The translations under genes were made by a program, and so were the position numbers. A stretch of DNA of 64,000 nt from Octopus vulgaris (lineage: Eukaryota). A model generated the notes under the pieces. That model did no database searches and was not told the origin of the DNA. It was given only the letters and a program-made list of their open reading frames with translations. This document shows positions 1 to 13,609 of this stretch, one piece after another. Within the stretch, counting starts at the first letter, position 1. Each line of letters starts with the position of its first letter. The DNA is taken from positions 26,226,001 to 26,290,000 of the forward strand of contig OX597825.1 of NCBI GenBank assembly GCA_951406725.2. The letters are read 5' to 3'.

Positions 1-295
1 ATGATATCTATTAGCGAAATAGAAACACCAGAAAAAAAAAAAACATTGCAGACGTGATGTAATGAATTTACATTAGAGCTTTCTAATAAAATATAACTTC
101 GGATCAATTAAACATATGAAAAACACAAGACCACAAGAGAAAAATATGAACAGAGAAAAATTGAGTGATGAATATATTAAAACCCGTTGTAATGTACAGA
201 ATAAAATCAGTATCGGGTACTTTAAGAATCAATTAAACAATAAAGACGCTTCATAACTATACATAGATACATAAGACGTGTGAAAACTAACATTT

Positions 296-403
296 TCCGA
301 GCTGAGATTCGAAACTGAATCTAAGGATTATTTTGTCCCTGTTCGGCCAGTTGGGATCAGGCGAGCATGACTACTTAGCTTCAGTTTCGAATCTCAGCTC
401 GGA
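296..403. repeat. Inverted repeat / hairpin (24-bp perfect stem, about 30 bp with one mismatch)
   Basis: tccgagctgagattcgaaactgaa (296-319) is the exact reverse complement of ttcagtttcgaatctcagctcgga (380-403). ctaag/cttag extends the stem inward. Confidence 0.9.
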
Positions 404-778
404 CGGGCATCACAGATACAGGCCCTGACAGAGTAGATACCAGCTCTATCGTTTGGTATCCCCAGTCGAAGTAACAGCCGATCGCATCAATTTGGTAGCC
501 GGTCACGGAGCCCCTCTGCCTCCCGTAATTCACAGGAAACTTTTGGGTACCACCGTAAATTTGGAACACAGGCCCAGAAATGCATGACTCCGTGCTCCTT
601 CTCAGCATCCCGTTCGGAAAACGACACAGCAAAGAATTGAAGGTGACGGAAGTTCCTGGCTCTCATTCACAGAGTCGCCTGTTTTTCGTCTGGTTGTTAC
701 CGGCGCGGAAATCAGCATAATCCCTGTTTCCCGCACTTCAGGCAACAGAAAAGACCCACTTTGAGTAGCACTGGACCA
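330..778 (+). mobile_element. Gypsy LTR-retrotransposon fragment (CsRN1-like gag C-terminus and start of protease)
   Basis: Manual translation gives RSRSPSASRNSQETFGYHRKFGTQAQKCMTPCSF, matching the CxYHxxFGxxAxxCxxPC (CHCC) gag motif. The slippery heptamer GGAAAAC is at 616-622. The -1 frame reads ...SQSRLFFV and, after a deletion, LVVTGAEISIIP (cf. FLVDTGAxxSxIP aspartic protease). Confidence 0.8.
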
Positions 779-1489
779 GAATATATATCAGTCTATTGTT
801 AGAGGCTATATTTCATAGTAACACTTGTACGAATTACATGCAAAATGACGTAAACATTGTCATTGTAAATAATGTCAATCTACTGTTAGATCTCTGTACG
901 TATTTATATGTGCAAGCTGTGCTCAGTAATTGTTAAATAATTTTGCAGTGTTATATCCATTACAATGAAGTTATCATGAAATTTGCTGTTTTACACAGTT
1001 ACTAAAATGATACATCTTTTATAAGGAAATCTTCTATGTCAGTTGGACGGTCATACGTATAAAACGGCATTTACTTTCAGTGGGAATTTGAGTTGCTAGC
1101 AGACCAGCTTTGTTTTGTCAAAATATCATTTAGAAGATCTAATCCAGGACATTGTGATACAATCTTTTGATTAGATGTAAAGAATTTTTTGCAGTATAGT
1201 AAGAATTTAAAAAAATGCTCTTTTACATATATATATGTTAGTGATCTCCACATATTGTTGATTATTACGTTAAATGTTTATCGTGGCCAATGTCTGATAT
1301 CTTATCTTTTACATTCATAAAGTATTTAATATACGTATGTATTAGACTCGTAAGAACAAATATTTTGTTGGTGCTTTGAAAATATCATCGCCGAACGTTA
1401 TCTTTCTACGTCAATCACATGACAATAGCGTATAATCTGAAGGATATTTGTAGTATTTCGATCGACAACGCTGAAGTTTCCTTACTCTT

Positions 1490-1814
1490 TATTTACATAT
1501 CTATATTCAATTCAGCACTGCGGGCATTTTGCTCTGTCGCTGCAGATATTCTGAAACTTTGTTCTGCAGATGTCATCCAGTTTTGAGAAGGAAGCGTTTA
1601 CTATTGTGCTGATAGCTACTATGCTGTCATAGAAATTGAATATAGCAATGTCAAGTAATGTACAATTGCCATAGTGATATACAGGAAGCTTGTCTTTGAT
1701 AATATGTTTTGAGATAACCAACAAATTAGGTATTACGTCGCACGTGAATAGATTCTCGTTTTCTTTAATGGTTTCCACAATTTTTCCTTGGCAATTTCCT
1801 TTAGAAAGTGCCAT
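1490..1814 (-). mobile_element. Possible hAT transposase C-terminal (dimerisation domain) remnant
   Basis: The ORF 1512-1814 contains DVIPNLL...VNASFSKLDDICRTKFQNICSDR..*IE, resembling the hAT pattern FPNL...ERSFSxLxxIxxxxRxxxxxxRLxxLxxxxIE. The match is loose. Confidence 0.35.
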
Positions 1815-2229
1815 ACTTATATTTATGATAGTGCCATATACTGTTCTAGAAAAAACTAAACGATTTTATTGAAACGCAAAATTTCGCAACATCCATTCAA
1901 AGACTAATGTTCATTGCTTTAAGGAATATAATATTTGTGGACAACTTGATTTTCATTGTTACAATTATACTTATTTTGATTCTTTTCTTTGTATAAATCC
2001 AACTTGAGAAGTGATCAATAGGCATCACTTGCCTTACTTGCAATTTAATGTAAGGTGTCAATTCTATCGTTTGACTCAGAGTTCAGATACAACAATTATA
2101 TTTTTATTGGTTTCTTCTATAACAATATTTTAGAAAAGGAAAATGACTGTTTTGACATTGGATGTATCCATTTATATGGCATGTAATACTGATGTTGATA
2201 TTACTTCAAATAATATCGTGTTTCAAATA

Positions 2230-2390
2230 TTGGGTTGGCAATTAATTTCCTGCCGTTTTTTTTTTTGCTAATATTTTGGAATTTATTGCGTTTTTAAATT
2301 TTGGAATTTATTTTTCTTCGAGAATTCTATTTTTGAATCCTTTTGGAATATATTTTGCTCGGGAACGGCGGGATTTAGTATCCAACCCTA
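2230..2390. mobile_element. Mariner-type MITE (about 160 bp) with TA target duplication
   Basis: Left end ta|ttgggttggcaattaatttcctgccgtt and right end aacggcgggatttagtatccaacccta|ta form imperfect TIRs flanked by TA. Confidence 0.7.
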
Positions 2391-3536
2391 TACAAGGCAC
2401 ATTTTGCAGTTATCTTAGTGCATACAGTTACGTTGGTTAAGTGTTAAACTCAGCACGTTTTACTCTGCAGCATCACGTAGCTCTTCAACCCCTCGGGAAT
2501 ATGCTCGTCCTCAATTTACCAACAAATGTCATGATGTATATATCAACACTGAGCTATGGTAATAATTTTGTAATATCAGCAAGTAATATAATCACCATAT
2601 CTGCAAATGTCATGATCTATGTGGATTTATTAATCATAGCGTACTTCAGTTATTATAAAATTACATGATGAACGTGACGTACGTCCTTTATTATGAATAA
2701 CAAACCAACAAATAAACAAACAATTAAACAAATATGCTAAAGAAATTGAAAATTACCTGGAATTCAACATTGATCGCATTATTAATTTTTCGGACAGGTG
2801 AGATGTTGCTCTGTAGTGCAATATATTGTAATTGTTTAATAACAATTCGAGAACAAATGCACCTTGACAAGATATCATGTATATAGACACATATTAGTGT
2901 CCACACACAAAGGCGTACGCACAAGCACACAGATACGTACATACACAAACACACACATATACACAAATAGACATATACATAGATATGTATAAGTATATGT
3001 ATGCGTGTATATTTGAGTTTTTCCTTAAGTGTGCATACGACTATTTCGAGATAACTATTAGGTTCCTGACTGAAATATAGGCAGATAATTCTAATGTCAA
3101 ATTTACATATGTTACAAAGAGTAAATTAAAATTAAACGTCACCAATCAGGTGTATATTGTAACTAGCGATTACTGTAGGACAGCTGTACATTTGTCTTAC
3201 TCTAATTGACATATATATATAGCCTTTCCATATTTAATTGCCTATCTTAATGCGCATTTCTAAACCCCATATTTGTATTTCTTGCCCTATCTCTGTATCT
3301 GGTGCTTCGATTTATATACTCCATTCCTTAACTCATGTATTCTTATACACATACCCAGCAACACTGGTTGCCTGCCGTAAAAGGTAAAACGATCTTTTAA
3401 ACATTTATCGAACTTCGATAGGAAAAGTTTCCAATACCTTTCGTCTCAATAAACTACTATTGTCCCTGAAAGTTTGTTTTTATATTTACAACGGATTGTT
3501 TGAATCTAGCCTTCTTCCTACAACTCGACCCTTGGA

Positions 3537-3575
<39 letters not shown>

Positions 3576-3629
3576 CGGTTTTCATTCCTACACTTCACTC
3601 TGCATTTCATATCTTCTCTATAAAAACTA

Positions 3630-3745
3630 TTATCATTGAAGGGATATATAAAATATCTCAGAAACAGCTGTAAGAATTTCTCTTTAAAATGTTCTGAAAA
3701 TTATTCACAGCCTCAGGTTTTTTAATCTCATTCTGTTAAATTATA
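3630..3745 (+). mobile_element. PLE pseudo-LTR remnant with decayed hammerhead
   Basis: gaagggatat...atatctcagaaacagctgtaaga...aaatgttctgaaaatt is homologous to the reverse complement of 18430-18540. GAAA-CAGCTG-TA is kept but the CTGATGA core has decayed. Confidence 0.6.
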
Positions 3746-3837
3746 TATGTATATATACATACATAGATAAGAATGTGTAGTTATATATACAGATGTAAGT
3801 GTGTGTGTATAGAGATATGTATATGTGTGCGTATCGA

Positions 3838-3879
<42 letters not shown>

Positions 3880-4100
3880 TGTTAGTAGAAAAATATAAAG
3901 ATCACGCTTGATAAAGATTTGTCAGCATATTAAAGCACTAAGAAGGAAACTTAGAAACGTCAACTGATAACCAATCTGTATAATTTAGTGACATGAAATA
4001 ATTGAAAAAAAGAAATGGAGTACTCTTAAAAAATTAACGCCCTATATACGAATGACAACATATATTTAAACTTACTAAAATCCTACCGAGCAGACACAAA

Positions 4101-4141
<41 letters not shown>

Positions 4142-4757
4142 GAATATCCATACATAAACACACACACATATGTATGCATGTATGTATATATTCTTAATCA
4201 GATTATTTTATATGGTAAAGGAAGATGTAAATCGTATCCAATTGTAAAAATATGTAGGAACAAGAACGACAAAGCAGTATAAATGAGAAAATAATACAGC
4301 GTTAAGGAAATCCCATGAGCATAGCCGGAAGGTGATTGTCAGTAATATAAGCTATCAGAATCTCAGAGTCAAAAGATTTTGCCCTGCGAATCGAAAAGGA
4401 AAACAGGAGCAAAAAAATTAACTGAAATTTGAATTCCTTCCGGCGACAATTTTTGCTTAAGTTTACTGTCTTTTATAAATTAGATATTTTGCATTTCATC
4501 AATGATTTTGTTGAATGTATTTTCTATACTTTTTTTATGAATGGTTGATGTTATTTCATTATTTTATGTGATAGAATATAGAATTAAAGGTTAAAAAAAT
4601 GTGAACAGCGTCAGTTGGAAACATTTTGATGTGGATAAGTGGGAAAAGAATATAGCTTTGACTACAACAAAACTAAGTGGATTTGTACTTTCATAGTTTT
4701 TACTGCAAATGTTACACACACACATACATTTATGTGTGTGGTGTGTGTTTTTATGTA

Positions 4758-4813
<56 letters not shown>

Positions 4814-4946
4814 TTTACACACACATATATATATATTATTACATGTTTTAGCAGAAGATATAAACGTATAAATCCCTTAGATCCGTCGTATTCCAAGTTA
4901 TATTATTTCCACTTCACAACGTTTGAACCTGTTGCTTGCAAATATG

Positions 4947-5041
<95 letters not shown>

Positions 5042-5321
5042 GTATGTATGTGTGTGTTTGTATGTATGTATGTATGTATATATATAGATAGATAGATATA
5101 CATGTATAGATAGATAGAAAGAATACACATACCTGCGTCTTTACATATATAGAGAGGCACACGCGAAAATATGTATGCACAAAGTATGTGTTTGTGTGTG
5201 CATATGTGTGTAGTGTGTGTGTGTGTGTCTGTACGTATGTGTATGATTAACCACATTTAAAGATAATGCAGGGAAAACAGAAGATTCACTCGCTAGACGC
5301 ACTCCTAAATTTAGATAGGAA

Positions 5322-5368
<47 letters not shown>

Positions 5369-5844
5369 GTATGTATACACATATATGTGTGCATATTTGT
5401 GTTTGTGTGCCGGTGTGTATCAGAACTGTTTCTGGAATGATTGCTGGAATCTTTTGTTTAACAAAATCCCTTAAAGGATTCCAAATACGAGCGTGCAAGT
5501 TTGTGCATTCACTAAATATACAAGACAAGGCATGTATATTAATAGAAACACGATCCTGTCACCGAACACTGGGTGCATGTATAATACATATACAAATGTT
5601 TGAACATTTTTCCAAGTTTGCTAAAAATATGTATCCAGCTGTAACCGCAAGACCATGTATCCTGATGGATAGGATGTAGGATAATTCTATAAAATTGTTT
5701 TAGTCACTATAACAAAGTTCAGTAAGTACAAATTGCATCTAACGTGGATACATACTTAACATACACACACAGATAAACAATCATACATGCACACACAAGC
5801 ATAAACTCGCAGTTCTTTTTATATATCTGTGTGTACGCACATGT

Positions 5845-6075
5845 GTGAAGGCACAAGACAGTGGTTAGTGTATTGTACTCGTGATTACCAGATCAAGGAT
5901 TCGATTTCAAGACTGGTTGGTGCGTTCTTTTTTTGTGCACAACACTTCATGATCATTCTTACATGTGGTACGCTTGTACATTAGTGCAGGCAATTCCAAT
6001 TTAATGGGGTGTCAAGCTAATATTGAGCACATAAAATGTTCACTATGAACAAATATTTTGCGCAGATTGTTCAGC
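5845..6075 (+). mobile_element. Degenerate tRNA-derived SINE
   Basis: A-box-like ...cagtggttag and B-box-like ggattcgattt, followed by a SINE-like body. Confidence 0.5.
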
Positions 6076-6099
6076 AAAATATGTGTATATATATATATA

Positions 6100-6225
6100 T
6101 AGAATAAGTACTAGTCTTACAAAGTATAAGTACTAGTCTTACAAAGTAAAGTATTCGCTCAACTAAAGTCGGTGTTCCAGAATGTCCAGAGTCAAATGAC
6201 TGAAATATGTAAAAGAGTAAAAGAG

Positions 6226-6227
<2 letters not shown>
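6100..6227 (+). mobile_element. 3' end of SINE family B
   Basis: Tail gtcaaatgactgaaatatgtaaaagagtaaaagagta matches the reverse complement of 11277-11320. Contains an internal 22-bp tandem duplication, ataagtactagtcttacaaagt. Confidence 0.7.
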
Positions 6228-6268
<41 letters not shown>

Positions 6269-6288
6269 ATATATATATATATATATAC

Positions 6289-6998
6289 ACAGTGTGTGCA
6301 ATGGGCACGAGTTCTCTATTTTACATTTTTGATTTTGCGAAATGCGGATGGTTTGCTTTTCTTTTTTATTGACATAACGGAATTCATTCTGCAAGTGGAC
6401 AATGCAGAAGATTCGGAAAGAGTTGGACGAGTCCAATTGTGATGGCGACGTTATGCCTTCATTCACCTTCCCACACGGCCTCACACTCAATACGGAGGCC
6501 AACATCAAGCGTTTTGAGGCCATAGGGTTTGCCCTGGATCAAGAGAGTGGCGACTACAAGAACCTATATCTGGCAACAGGACTCTGCCTATTGCCACTCA
6601 ACTGGAGATCCCAGTCATGGTGGTCAGACAATTTATGCGACCGCATCACCCATAACATCTGGTAACCTAACTGCCCAGAGTGCAACCGCTTTGAGTATTA
6701 TGCGTAGTGCGCAGTTGAGCGAGAGACTACCAAAAATCCTTGTCTTACCAAAGAGGAACTGATAGCAAGGATTATGACAGCATTCACCACCTTAATCAAT
6801 GAGACCCCCCAGAAAAGTCTCAGGAGATTCCGAAGCGGTATGAGTCTGCGTTGAAGCCAATGGTAATGTTATTGAATAAATTTAGTATTTCAAGATAGAT
6901 TTTTATGTAATTTTGGTAAGTATACCTGTTGAAATGAGATGACAACGCTATTTTCATTTTTGCGCAATTTTAACGACAATTTATTCATCGCACACTGT
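6289..6998 (+). mobile_element. Internally deleted Tc1/mariner (maT/DD37D-like) DNA transposon
   Basis: Frameshifted transposase reads GDVMPSFTFPHGL...PWIKRV...YIWQQDSAYCH...NIW*PNCPECNRFEYY...VERET...ELIARI...VEANGNVIE. Termini cagtgtg.. and ..gcacactg are inverted. Confidence 0.85.
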
Positions 6999-6999
6999 G

Positions 7000-7300
<301 letters not shown>

Positions 7301-8060
7301 ATGTGAGTGTGTGTGTTCTCTGAACCAACTTAGGTATAAAGGCATTATAAGTAATATTAACTACTGAAATTCTTTGGATTGTCTGAGTAACATCCCACAT
7401 TTTGATTAACCTTTGAAACAGTTGCGTAAAGCGTCGATGCTCTCAATCACATTCACTCTGTTTCACTGAACATTCGTGTTCTCTTTTATTAATATTAGAA
7501 TAGCACTACGTAACACTTTATATATAACAGACCGTTTCCTTAATTATATAGAAGTAAAAGAATATACAAATCTCTAGTCATGATCTTCTGATATTATATT
7601 TGAATGTAATCTCTAAAAAATAATATGAAGTTCTAAGATCAGCAGTTCTTCACTTATGAGAATTCTGTGTCATATTTTATTAAAGATACCAGATTTATAG
7701 TCATATGTGATTATATATATATATATATATATTTTACTTCAGCTATATAGTTACACTTAGCAAAGAAATATTACCAATATTACGTATATAATCATATATG
7801 AGGTGTGCATTTTTGTGTGTTTGCGTCTGCTCGTACGCTGGCGCACGTGAGGTTGCAGGTGCGTGTTTCTCTAATACAATTTCGTTTTCCCTCTATATAG
7901 GTGTGCGCGCGTCGGTATGCGTGTATACGCATATACATGTATCAATACACAAATATACATGTGTATATATACACACACATATATAAATATACATATATAT
8001 ACACACACGCACTCACTCACACACACACACAAAAGCACACACACATACATACTTACATAC

Positions 8061-8179
<119 letters not shown>

Positions 8180-8442
8180 GAAACATGATTATTTCTAAAT
8201 CTCTCAAAGACATATATCCGGTAACAGTTCTTGAAAGTAAAGACTATTTGCCAACATAATGTGGCTGTCCTGGAAAGGAAATTTTTACCGTGGTATAGCA
8301 GCGCCACCTAGTAAAGTTGGCAGCTACTCTGTGTTGATAATTTCAACTTCAGTTGAAATTTATAGAAAAATAAAGGACGAAGGCAGGTCTATGAACAACA
8401 AGCAAGTGTATTAGTTTGACACTCGGGAAAATTGAAAAAAGT

Positions 8443-8478
8443 CTTTCACGTTTTGAGCGTACGCTCTTCAACAGAAAG
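8443..8478 (-). ncRNA. Degenerate minimal type I hammerhead ribozyme (PLE pLTR-type)
   Basis: Reverse complement reads CTTT-CTGTTGA-A-GAGCgtacGCTC-AAAA-CG-TG-AAAG. Stems I and II are intact, but the core carries substitutions (GAAA->AAAA, cleavage base G). Confidence 0.55.
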
Positions 8479-8623
8479 GAATAAGAGAAAATAAACAGAG
8501 GATGAAAAAGAATGAAAAAAAAGATGAAAAAATGAGAGAATGAAGTAGAATGAAGAAGAATGAAGAAGAATGAAGAAAAGGAAAAAATAAAAAATAGAAG
8601 AGGAAGGAGAAGTAGAAAAATCG

Positions 8624-8837
8624 GAGAGGGAGAAGTAAATACAGTGGGCAGTGCTGCATATAGCAAAACGGTTTTCCCAGTCGTATGTGGGCGGTGTGTC
8701 AGCTAGTACAGACAGTCCACTTGTTAACCACATCGTCTTCCACCGGACGCTTGTACTGTCTGACACACCCCAGCATACGACTGGAGAAACCGTTTTGCTA
8801 TATGCGGTATTGCCCACTGTAGTTACTTCTCCCTCTC
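8624..8837. repeat. Fold-back element with arms of about 88 bp
   Basis: gagagggagaagtaa.tacagtgggca...tagcaaaacggtt...gtgtgtcag.tagtaca pairs with tgtactgtctgacacac...aaccgttttgcta...tgcccactgtagttacttctccctctc. A purine tract lies to the left and (TTC)n to the right. Confidence 0.9.
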
Positions 8838-8842
8838 TCCCT

Positions 8843-8990
8843 TTCTTCTTCTTCTTCTTCTTCTTCTTCTTCGTCTTCTTCTTCTTCTTCTTCTTCTTCT
8901 TCTTCTTCTTCTTCTTCTTCTTCTTCTTCTTCTTCTTCTTCTTCTTCTTCTTCTTCTTCTTCATTTCTTCTTCTTCTTCTTCTTCTTCTC
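8843..8990. repeat. (TTC)n trinucleotide microsatellite
   Basis: Visible directly. Confidence 0.95.
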
Positions 8991-9239
8991 CTTCCTCTTC
9001 TCCTTTCGTGTTCTTCTCTTTCGAGTTTTTTCTCCCTCATACCATTATACGTATGCACTCTCCTGGTTCCCACTTTCCATATACGATGGAAATATTAAGA
9101 AAAAACCATTACATTTAATTTTTCTAGTTGAAAATTTACATTGTATTTTAATATTTCTAACTAGGCACTCTTCCTCATGATACATGGAAAAATAAGAGAT
9201 GGAACGGATAAGATATCGTTGCTCAGATATGTGAGAGTG

Positions 9240-10020
9240 GATATTGATATAGACATATTGAGGTTACTGTAACAGCATGTCTGCTACGTGTAGCTCCTTT
9301 CTGTAACTTACAGCTAATTTGATTTATAATTAGGGTAGCTTTCTTGATTCGCGTTTGCTTGTGTTGCGTTCAGTGTCCCACGTGGATATTGCAAATTTCT
9401 GAGTTTGATACTTCTGCAGGCGTTTATGAAGTGAAAATTTAGTGTGCGTGTTGTCCTTCATGCGATTGTGGTAGTTTTCTGACATTGCTTAAAATTGCAG
9501 TATGCTCTAAGTTTGCTGTAAACTATCTCTTATACAATGTAGGCCCTCGGTGATGGTGCAATTCTGCATTGCTTTCTCTACGATGCATTTTGTGTTACAA
9601 CTTCTAGACAGAAGGTTCGTTAGGGATGAATCATAATGCACCTTTGTATGCTTTGTCATACGCTGCTGGTAGCATGATGGATTAGAGCAGTAGTTAGATT
9701 GTCGAATTAAATTAGTTTTAGGAAGCCTGGTCAGACCCAGAAGTATGGGATTGGTATGAAGATTATTAACAATAGCTTAATATGCTGTCATTTAGAAAAA
9801 ATGGTGGTTAGTCGTTGTTTAATAGGATTTTCTGGTGCCATGTGGTATTAGCAGCTTTAGCAGCTGCGTCGGTGTATCTATTGCTTATACGGGAAATTGC
9901 GTCTCGTTGGTCGTTGGCTTTGGGTCTGATTGCGTGCCTGCTAGTATTGCACATATATATTCCTAATAGCCTCCTTATTGTAAATATTGCTCAGTAATCC
10001 TGAGTTGTAAATCGGCAGAC
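9240..10020 (-). mobile_element. Possible LINE remnant (RNase H-like C-terminal region)
   Basis: The minus strand contains ISNRYTDAAAKAAN, resembling the RNase H GNxxADxxAKxA motif. The rest is highly decayed. Confidence 0.3.
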
Positions 10021-10059
10021 ACAAGTCCCCAGACTACTCTGGCTGCTCAATTGGACCAG

Positions 10060-10770
10060 CTAGAGAGTACGGTGCTGAGTACTTGAAATACCTGCTTCTA
10101 CTTTCTCTTGTAAGTGGATGATATCTTAATACCTACTTCCTCCGTGAAAGAGATCACCATCATATACAAGAAATTCGACAGCTACAACGAAGACTTAACA
10201 CAGAAATTTGTATCCATCCCTGTCATTTACAGGGAGAGATGACTTATTTAGAGGGCACGCTCCGGTCACTCCCTACGAAAATATTTGTCCAGAAATCGTT
10301 CCAGCAACAGTTTCTGAGAAACACATTTACTAATTTTCAAATCAACAATTTAAATATTTACGTTGCATACCACCTAGTCTGCAGCAAATGTGGTGCATCC
10401 TCCGCATCTCTGTCAACGCAACATGTGCCCACAAATACCTTAGGACATAAACCCCTGCAAAAGTGACAGATCCCAAAATTTACAGCATGCATGTGCCTCA
10501 ATGAACGCAATGCAGGCAATCCTCGAATCAAGAAAGCTATATTATCAAGCATGAACCGGTTATAAAGAGGCGTAAAAGACCGATAAGAAGTAGAATAGCA
10601 ATTATTCCAAAACCAGTTTATCTATGTTATTATCCCCTCACAAATTTCTACAGAACGATGTAATTTATTTCACCACTTATTTCTACACGTGATCTGAGGA
10701 AGGGGGGATCCTCGACATGACGAAATAAAAATTAAAAACATCAAAAGTTATTCTGTTTGTACTTTAATAG
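10060..10770 (+). mobile_element. Penelope-like element remnant (RT, GIY-YIG and pLTR; internally deleted)
   Basis: *VDDILIPTSSVKEITIIYKKFDSYNEDL (YVDD motif with Y->stop at 10111), VAYHLVCSKCGAS (cf. VVYxFxCxxCxxxYIG), RIKKAI. A downstream hammerhead-like CTGAGGA-A-GGGG-gat-CCTC-GACATGAC is at about 10694-10721. Confidence 0.7.
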
Positions 10771-11276
10771 TTCGTGTTGCATTTGATATCCCATCGTTTC
10801 GACCTCATCAAGATTTTATCTAATGTAAAATCTCTCAATACTTCACAGAAACTGTTCTAAATAAATTTATAATACACATGAGAAGAGAACACAAAAGAAT
10901 AGTTTGTAAATGTCAATAATGCGGTAGAAGTGAAATGTTAAAGTATACATAATGTAATAGAGCAACAGGAGGTCAGTGTAACAAGGAATAATTGAAAACA
11001 AATATGAAACACCTGGATCTTGTAAAAAACGACAGTAATTGATTTTTCACAAATAAATGGAAATGGATCAGTTCCTCGTTGTAGATCTACGAGGACTTCT
11101 TTTAAAATAGTGAGAACGCTTTATTTAGAAATAATTGGTAAGTGAAACTTATAAATAAAAGGACATTTGAGAGACGAAACTTTTACTAGTGGTTTATAGA
11201 AACACTGTTGCATAAATAGATACATACATACATACATAGAGAAACACTTACACACATATATACATACATATACCCT

Positions 11277-11493
11277 TTTACTCTTTTACTTGTTTCAGTC
11301 ATTTGACTGTTGCCATGCTGGAGCACCGCCTTTAGTCGAGCTAATCGGCCCCAGGAGTTATTTTTGTACGATTAGTACTTATTCTATCGGTCTCTTTTGC
11401 CGAACCGCTAACTTACGGGGACGTAAACACATCAGCATCGGTTGCCAACCGATGTTGGGGGACAAACACAGACACATAAACAAATGCACACAC

Positions 11494-11534
<41 letters not shown>

Positions 11535-11712
11535 AATATATATATACGCATATATATACGACGGGCTTCTTTCAGTTTCCGTCTACTCACAAGGCTTTGG
11601 TCGGCTCGAGGCTATAGTAGAAGACACTCGCCCAAGGTGGTACGCAGTGGGACTGAACCCGGAACCATGTGGTTGGTAAGCAAACTACTTACCACGCGGC
11701 CGCTCCCACGCC

Positions 11713-11713
<1 letters not shown>
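11277..11713 (-). mobile_element. Near full-length tRNA-derived SINE (family B)
   Basis: Reverse-complement head ggcgtgggagcggccgcgtggtaagtagtttgcttaccaaccacatggttccgggttcagtccc (A/B boxes), a central gccttgtgag..agacggaaactgaaagaagcccgtcg, an internal (TA)/(CA) tract and tail gactgaaacaagtaaaagagtaaaa. Confidence 0.9.
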
Positions 11714-11757
<44 letters not shown>

Positions 11758-13540
11758 ATAAAACAAAATTCACCATCGAAACCGGTTTGATACTTTCTTT
11801 ACGTTATTTTAAAATCATTTTATTTAATTGTTTCTAAATTTAAATGACATTGATTTACTTATGCGCTATTTCCACTTCCATCTTGTGTGAGTTCGAGTCT
11901 CATAGCCGGCCGCCAACATTTTTTTCTGAAACATAGGGGTAAATTATCCTGTTCAGGCTATGTCGTTAGCATTATCCTGCGCTTGAGATTTTAAAAATCA
12001 CTTCTATAATTTAAATTATTTTACTGACTAAAGATCACAAAATGTTAGGATGAGCTCTCAAAAATGAGATTCCAAATACACAAACAAAATAACTGCGAAG
12101 AAATGATTTATGGTTGAATGAATTAAAATCAAATGCTAGAGATCTCACAATAGTTAGGGGTTCGTGCGTTATAAAGCAGTCGAGAGGAAGGCCCAGAAAT
12201 GCTGAGCGTTCTGTCCTGATGAACCGTGAAATCTAGTGGTGTCAGATATGCAGAGCTTTCGATTGACATCACTTGCACAAGCAAGCCGATTGTAAGTCTC
12301 TAGAATGATATGTATTTGGATTCTCAGTTAAAGTGATCTATATCTTTTTTTTTTTATTATGGAATCCAATTTTCAAAGACGAACCCTATTACTAGTAAGG
12401 TATTTTATGCAATATAAAATTCAAACAAGTGCATAAATTGACTTTTCGGAATTTCATGAATAAATCGAGATAATGTAGATTTTTATTTTTTGAATTAAAT
12501 ATTTTTGCTCTCACATTATATTTCACTCCCTTCCAAAAATACATCAATAGATTCTCCAGAAAGAAAATACAGTTTGATTTCAATCGAATTACGAAAAATT
12601 TAATCGTCCATTCAACAACTTACAGTTGTGTCGTTTAAAATAATTCACATTCCTATGTGGACTTAATGTCTGTGGTTTTGCATTCGTAGTCTTTAAAAGC
12701 TCTGCCTGTTTACCACGTTTTTGAACAAATTTAGATTGGCAGATATAAAACTTTAGATCGTCTATCATAACAAATTATCCACAGAGACCGTATAATATAT
12801 GCACGTTTAAATTTACACCTGTGGATATTCAGTATTGTATAAGCATAGTAGCATAGTAGCGAGTTTATGGGCATTGAAAGCTATAATAAAGATAATAATA
12901 CATTTCACTAGCGTAGAATAAAAATCAAAGAAATCCATTTTATACTCTTTATCGCACTTTAATTTCACTTATCAAAGGCAGATTGTGTGTAATAGCTGTC
13001 TAAATCCTGCATTTTGCATTAGTAGCCTGTCGAATTAGTTAATCTGATGACATTAAATAGAATTTGGAGCTGCTTTATAGTTGGAAGAACGAGAAAATTC
13101 TCATACATCGAAAAAGACATTAGACTGCGCCATTCATCTTTCTGATTTGATGTGTATTGCAGACATTTTAGTGTGGTTTTTGGAATCGACTTGCAATTTC
13201 AGATTTTAATCCTTTACCTCAAATCCACAACCATCTGAAAGAAACACACTCTGCTTATATACCAAGCAATACACGGACATGAAAAGCAGACAGTTCGTTA
13301 TTTCTTTTTAAATGGTTACGCTACAATAGAATTCTGACGAAAACTCTGTTATTTGCATAAATTTTATGAGTATTTTAGAATTTTATATCATTTCTTTGTC
13401 TCTTGTTCGAAGCAAAAACATTTAACCTAATGAATTTGATAAATTCCTTCACAATGGTTGTGGTTGACCACTGAACAACCTATATCTGATAATTTACTAT
13501 TAGTCCGTGCCATTGTTTATATATAAGCAATATATATAAG

Positions 13541-13603
<63 letters not shown>

Positions 13604-13609
<6 letters not shown>

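Noticed and set aside
12205-12245. CTGATGA...GAAA hammerhead boxes
   Set aside because: Only five bases separate the boxes, so stem II cannot form, and there is no stem I or III.
12165-12300. TATAAA followed by a GC-richer patch ending in gtaagt (possible first exon)
   Set aside because: No downstream exon could be linked, and the motifs are too common in AT-rich DNA.
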